Positions 30,947-35,482 of a stretch of DNA of 35,482 bases are shown in pieces. Position 1 is the stretch's first letter. Each line of letters opens with the position of its first letter. Location: assembly GCA_963805855.1 (NCBI GenBank), contig CAWDVW010000001.1, positions 1-35,482 on the forward strand, written 5' to 3'. This DNA is from Candidatus Dadabacteria bacterium. GTDB lineage: Bacteria > Desulfobacterota_D > UBA1144 > Nemesobacterales > CSP1-2. Both the position numbers and the translations under genes were made by a program. Below the pieces are notes generated by a model that was not told where the DNA came from, searched no databases, and saw only the letters and a list, made by a program, of their open reading frames with translations.

Positions 30947-31123
30947 CGTAAGTACCTCCTCAAAAATGTTGGTTTATTTTTTACCCCTAATGGAACTCTA
31001 AAACTTCGTAAGGATACGTCTCCTGCTACATATGTCAACCCTTCGCACATGATCGAATGTCGAAAATGAGTCAACTTGAAACCCTAATTTTTTTCGTATA
31101 TCTTACCTACTCTGGTATAAGTG

Positions 31124-31501
31124 ATGAAAAATATTATCATAGTAACTCTGATCCTGTGCGCGAATGCTCGGACATCTCATATTTCTCAGTTCACGAACTT
31201 CGTAAAGACCGCTATTGGATTTTATGACCTATCAATCAGAGACAACAATCTTCAGGGATTCAAGCTACAAAAATCGCATCAATTAGTTCAAGAAACTTTT
31301 CCTGAGGAAGAACCTTACGCGGAGGAAGAAGGCCCGGCACCGCCCGAAGAACCATATGTTCCAGAAGAAGAGCCCTATTTACCCGAGGAAGATCCTAACC
31401 TGCCCGAACAGCCCTACATACCCGAGGAAGAACCACTTTTACCAGATGAGCAGCCGTCATTGCCAGAGCAGCCATTCGAAGGGGAACCAGAGAGCTGGTG
31501 A
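31124..31501 (+). CDS. Hypothetical protein with Pro/Glu-rich (PEEEPY) repeat tail
   Basis: Hydrophobic N-terminus; repeats conserved at protein level with varied codons; TTGAAA-17-TATCTT promoter at 31076-31104. Confidence 0.6.
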   Translation: MKNIIIVTLILCANARTSHISQFTNFVKTAIGFYDLSIRDNNLQGFKLQKSHQLVQETFPEEEPYAEEEGPAPPEEPYVPEEEPYLPEEDPNLPEQPYIPEEEPLLPDEQPSLPEQPFEGEPESW

Positions 31502-31831
31502 GGCCCCTGAATCTCCAAAACGACCTGAGTAACTGAAGCTGTCCACGTAGTTGCTTGTTAACTCACCGCAAGCACATACGGGAGATTATTTGACCGCTAT
31601 GAATCATAACGTTGAAAACCTCAAACTGGCTTAAAAGTGAAAAGAATTGAAGTTTATTTAGCGATTACCTTTGTATCAATAACACGTCTTATTAATTTAT
31701 TTTATTTCTCCGATAATTAGGAGCCATCATCCGGCACAATTCATAGAAAGAGCAATGGATTCAAACTTGCCTTTGTTATATAATCCGTTTCAATTAATTA
31801 AAGAACCTTTTTCTTTCTCCATCTTCCATAA

Positions 31832-34800
31832 ATGAAAGCAACGAAAAAATTGTTTCTTTTGTTCATAGCAGCATTGGCAGTCGTTCTAGTCATTATAATT
31901 TTCGGCCTCTTGTTCCTGTCCCATTTTGTCAATCTCGATTCAACCAAGAATACGATCATAACTAAAGTTTCCGAAAAAACTGGTGCTCAAGTAAATTATG
32001 CAGACTTTGATTTCTCGTTATTTCCTCTTCCTCACGTGACAATTCGCGAAGGAAATTTTCTCTTCGATCAGAAAACAGGTGGAAGCTTTGAAAAACTGTC
32101 AGTGTATCCTGAATTGCTGCCTTTATTTAAAGGTAAGGTGAAACTTCACAGGGTCAGTATCTCATCCCCAGAGATAACATTAAGTCTGCCAGAGAGGGCC
32201 GAGGTAAAAGACAGCACAAAAATACAATTTTCGATTAATGAACTATGGAAGGTTATTACTTTGGGCTTGGTTTCAATGGCGTCAAAAGCGCCTGATCTGG
32301 TTTTCGAAGTCAACGATGGACTAATAAACCTTACCAAAAATGACGAAACTGTATTTTGGTTCAGGGACATCGAGGCACGCATCGCAGTACCATCAGATGA
32401 AAGAAACATCGCAATTACATGTACATCTAATCTTGGTGAAACGGTATCAATAACGGGTTCGGTAAATCTAAAGGAATTCGCTGGCGACGGGCGGATTAGA
32501 CTCCGTAAATTCCGACCGGAAGCACTTTATAATTACCTTCTACCGACCTCGAGTCATCGAATTCCCGATTCAATAATCAACTTGGACATTAACTTTGAGG
32601 CAAATGGCCAAAAATACTTAAACGCACTGTTTACTGGCTCAATTCCGAAACTCTTCCTCCAAGATCAAAAAAGCAAATTTCCTTTTAGGGCAAGCAACAT
32701 AGAAGGTGATTTCCAAATTGCTGATGGTAAGACTAGTATTTCATTTGAGAACATAAATCTCGATAATCCGCAGCTAAACCTGAAGGCACGCTTTCTAGAA
32801 GATAGAACAACAAATAGGGTGGAATTAGAAATTCAGGCAAAGGAAGTCGATATTAAATCGGTTCGAGAGGCGGCCCTTTTCTTAGTTGGACGATATCGTA
32901 GTACGCAGAAGATTTTTGAAATCATTAAAGCAGGATATTCACCTCTAGCAGAGTTTTCATCGAACGCCAATTCGATTTCTGAAATAGGAAAAGAAGAAAA
33001 TTTTATAATTAAGGGCCAAATGCAAAATGCGGAGATATACATTCCGCAGGCTGATCTGGATTTAAACGATGCCAGTGGATATGCCATCGTTTCAAACGGT
33101 ATATTGGAAGGTGAAAATCTTGAAGGTAGTGCGGGGAACTCTCGAGGCTACAATGGGAATCTCAAATTAGGTCTTAGTCGAAAAAATGACATATTTAAAC
33201 TCGATGTCCTGATCAATGGTGATCTTTCGGAACTCCCACCATATCTATTACGCTATATTAAAAATGAAAACGTTAGGAAAGAGATTTCTCTTATCGACAA
33301 TTTAAGCGGAAATGCGCAGGCGCACTTAATTTTAGGCGATACGAAAACTTCTATAAAAACCAAGATCGAAGCACGGAATATTAGCCTCTCGGCTAACTAC
33401 ACTCGAATACCCTACCCTATTGAAATAAAAGGGGGGCAATTCTTATTCGATAAGAATAGGATTGATCTGAAGAAATTGGGTTTAAGTTTGGCAAAATCAA
33501 ACCTTTCAGGCCTTTCTGGATGGATAGACTGGCACAAAACGACTGATTTCAGCATTCAGGCCGATGAGTCCAACATCTTCCTTAATGAAGCAATTTCGTG
33601 GCTGTCATCAACTGACTACATTGCCAGTTACACTAAGTACCTGCGACCCTTCAATGGTTCGCTAGTTTTCTCTTTATTGAACGTCCAAGGCCCCGTATTA
33701 GAACCCGGAAAATGGAATGTCAAGATCAAGGGTGAAGGAGATCTGAATGGCCAGACTGGTCCAAAACTTTTTTTAGATTTTATCAGAACACCTGAAGAAT
33801 TTGTTGTTCATAACCTAACAATCGATGACGAAGGATCCCATGCCACCATAAGAGGAAAAAAGAATAAAAGGTTTTTGGAAATAAATTTTATGGGTAGTTT
33901 GAAAAGAAACACTCTGGGCAAAATCTTTTCAGACAAATTCTTATCCGATGGTTGGGTCAAAGGAAATATCAAAGCACAGTTTATGAAAGATCAATCTGCG
34001 ACATATACGGCTGAGGGAAACCTGGAAGGTGAGAATTTAATATCCCCGATGATATTGGATGAGTCTTTTAAGATAAATAGAATTTCCCTTGAAGCCGATA
34101 AAAATCAACTAAATGTGGAATCACTCGCTCTTTCATTGGGAGACACCGACTTAGCCATCGAGGGAAACGTAACCTCAACGGAAGAGGGATTTCAATTTCT
34201 GCTCGATGCTTCTTCTGATCGCATCGAATGGGAAAACATAAAAGCTGCTTTGGACAGATTTAATGGAGAAAGAAATACAAACAGTGATGATGAAAAATGG
34301 GATCTGCCACTCAAAGGTACTTTTGGGTTAAAATCTAAAAACTTTCATTACGATAGGTTCAACTGGAGCCCATTGAATGCCGAAATAAGATTCGATGATA
34401 ATATGATAAATATCATTATATCGGATGCCTCCCTGTGCGGAATTGATACACCCGGTGTCATAACAATCACCCCATCCGATAAAACTCTCGATTTCGAGCT
34501 AACCTCCAGGAAACAACAATTGAGAAAAACTATACGGTGCTTGTTTGAAAAAGAGAATATTATTTCCGGAGATTTTGACTTTGACGGTCACGTCACGGCA
34601 GGTGTCAAGAATGAGCTGTCAGCAGGGTCATTACAGGGAAATGTGGGCTTATCCGCAAGGGACGGAAGGATATACCACCAAAAACTTCTATTAGAGATCC
34701 TCGATATAATGAGAATCGTTAATTTGAGGTTGCCTGATTTTGGGCAAAAAGGGTTAGCTTATAAATCATTAGAAGTCAGAGGTAAGCTCAAAAATGGCAC

Positions 34801-35068
34801 CCTAATTCTACAGGATTCGATATTAGATAGCCCTACAATGGCTGTTGTTATTGATGGTGATGTTGACCTTGCTGACAAAAAAGTAGATCTAAAGCTAAAG
34901 GTTGCTCCAATAAAGATCATGAACTTTGCAACAACCAAAATACCGATACTAAAAAGGATCAGAGGAGGACATTTACTTTCAGTCCCTGTTCGTATAAAAG
35001 GGGATTGGGGTAACCCGGGGGGTCAAAAAAGAGGAATAGAACAGACACACTGGTCGGCTATTATCTAA
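31832..35068 (+). CDS. AsmA-like (YhdP/TamB clan) periplasm-spanning protein
   Basis: N-terminal TM and AsmA N motif (SLFPLPHV, LLPLF.G.V), beta-rich body, AsmA C motif (LQG......DGRI, G.VDL, IKG....P). Confidence 0.85.
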   Translation: MKATKKLFLLFIAALAVVLVIIIFGLLFLSHFVNLDSTKNTIITKVSEKTGAQVNYADFDFSLFPLPHVTIREGNFLFDQKTGGSFEKLSVYPELLPLFKGKVKLHRVSISSPEITLSLPERAEVKDSTKIQFSINELWKVITLGLVSMASKAPDLVFEVNDGLINLTKNDETVFWFRDIEARIAVPSDERNIAITCTSNLGETVSITGSVNLKEFAGDGRIRLRKFRPEALYNYLLPTSSHRIPDSIINLDINFEANGQKYLNALFTGSIPKLFLQDQKSKFPFRASNIEGDFQIADGKTSISFENINLDNPQLNLKARFLEDRTTNRVELEIQAKEVDIKSVREAALFLVGRYRSTQKIFEIIKAGYSPLAEFSSNANSISEIGKEENFIIKGQMQNAEIYIPQADLDLNDASGYAIVSNGILEGENLEGSAGNSRGYNGNLKLGLSRKNDIFKLDVLINGDLSELPPYLLRYIKNENVRKEISLIDNLSGNAQAHLILGDTKTSIKTKIEARNISLSANYTRIPYPIEIKGGQFLFDKNRIDLKKLGLSLAKSNLSGLSGWIDWHKTTDFSIQADESNIFLNEAISWLSSTDYIASYTKYLRPFNGSLVFSLLNVQGPVLEPGKWNVKIKGEGDLNGQTGPKLFLDFIRTPEEFVVHNLTIDDEGSHATIRGKKNKRFLEINFMGSLKRNTLGKIFSDKFLSDGWVKGNIKAQFMKDQSATYTAEGNLEGENLISPMILDESFKINRISLEADKNQLNVESLALSLGDTDLAIEGNVTSTEEGFQFLLDASSDRIEWENIKAALDRFNGERNTNSDDEKWDLPLKGTFGLKSKNFHYDRFNWSPLNAEIRFDDNMINIIISDASLCGIDTPGVITITPSDKTLDFELTSRKQQLRKTIRCLFEKENIISGDFDFDGHVTAGVKNELSAGSLQGNVGLSARDGRIYHQKLLLEILDIMRIVNLRLPDFGQKGLAYKSLEVRGKLKNGTLILQDSILDSPTMAVVIDGDVDLADKKVDLKLKVAPIKIMNFATTKIPILKRIRGGHLLSVPVRIKGDWGNPGGQKRGIEQTHWSAII

Positions 35069-35214
35069 TATGTGGAACCAATAAATTTTTTGCTCTTTAT
35101 CCGCCGATCCTACATACATTCTTAATTTACTCGTGAATGCCAGAATAATTTTGTTTTGATGTTCCCCCGAGCAGCGTGGAAGTAGAGGCTCTTATAAACA
35201 TACCCGTTACAATA

Positions 35215-35236
35215 CCCCGTAGCTTGTACTACGGGG
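35215..35236. repeat. Palindrome of the CCCCG(C/T)AG family
   Basis: CCCCGTAG-CTTGTA-CTACGGGG perfect 8-bp stem. Confidence 0.55.
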
Positions 35237-35331
35237 ATGAAAACAGGTCCCCAACTCGGGCAGAAAAGAATATAATACACGGATATGACTATGTAAGAGG
35301 AATCATGACGCTTCTAAAAATTGCCAATAAG

Positions 35332-35377
35332 GTAGGAGCGGCTTCCAGCCGCGATCGCGCCAAGATGGCGCTCCTAC
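35332..35377. repeat. GTAG-type REP doublet (REPIN)
   Basis: GTAGGAGCGGCTTCCAGCCGCGA followed by the inverted TCGCGCCAAGATGGCGCTCCTAC. Confidence 0.8.
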
Positions 35378-35482
35378 AAAGGGACTTGGGTAGTTTTGGG
35401 TGATTGGTATTGTGGAGTGTATGGTATTAGCTAACAAAGGAATTGATAAGTAAGCATGTAGAATATCTACTAAGGAGAAATT

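Noticed and set aside
35176-35403. 75-aa ORF
   Set aside because: Runs through two palindromic repeats; no RBS or recognisable motif

Overview
AT-rich bacterial chromosomal window with about 30 CDSs, mostly envelope and stress functions. Ion transport: K+ channel, CorA, MscS and a CPA2 antiporter. General stress: AI-2E, DUF883, YqjE-like and two HdeD genes. Lipid trafficking: MlaE-STAS/MlaF/MlaD/PqiC-like operon, SYLF protein, AsmA-like protein and YdgA. Metabolic or regulatory: chlorite-dismutase/ChdC-fold protein, CdsA, PurN-like protein, Rieske ferredoxin, DAO-family flavoprotein, SET protein, GNAT-nitrilase fusion, MerR and an ICL/PEP-mutase enzyme. No rRNA, tRNA, CRISPR, integrase or transposase was seen. 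Four intact-looking genes carry a single frameshift or in-frame stop and a fifth has a possible frameshift, most simply explained by assembly error. Intergenic regions hold several palindromic repeat families. Best leads: a PurN-fold protein lacking its catalytic His/Asp next to a Rieske protein and a flavoprotein; a nested, possibly bistable hairpin with an anti-SD-like loop after merR; the lipid-transport cluster; and the mosaic REP arrays. All calls come from motif recognition by eye; no database search was run.
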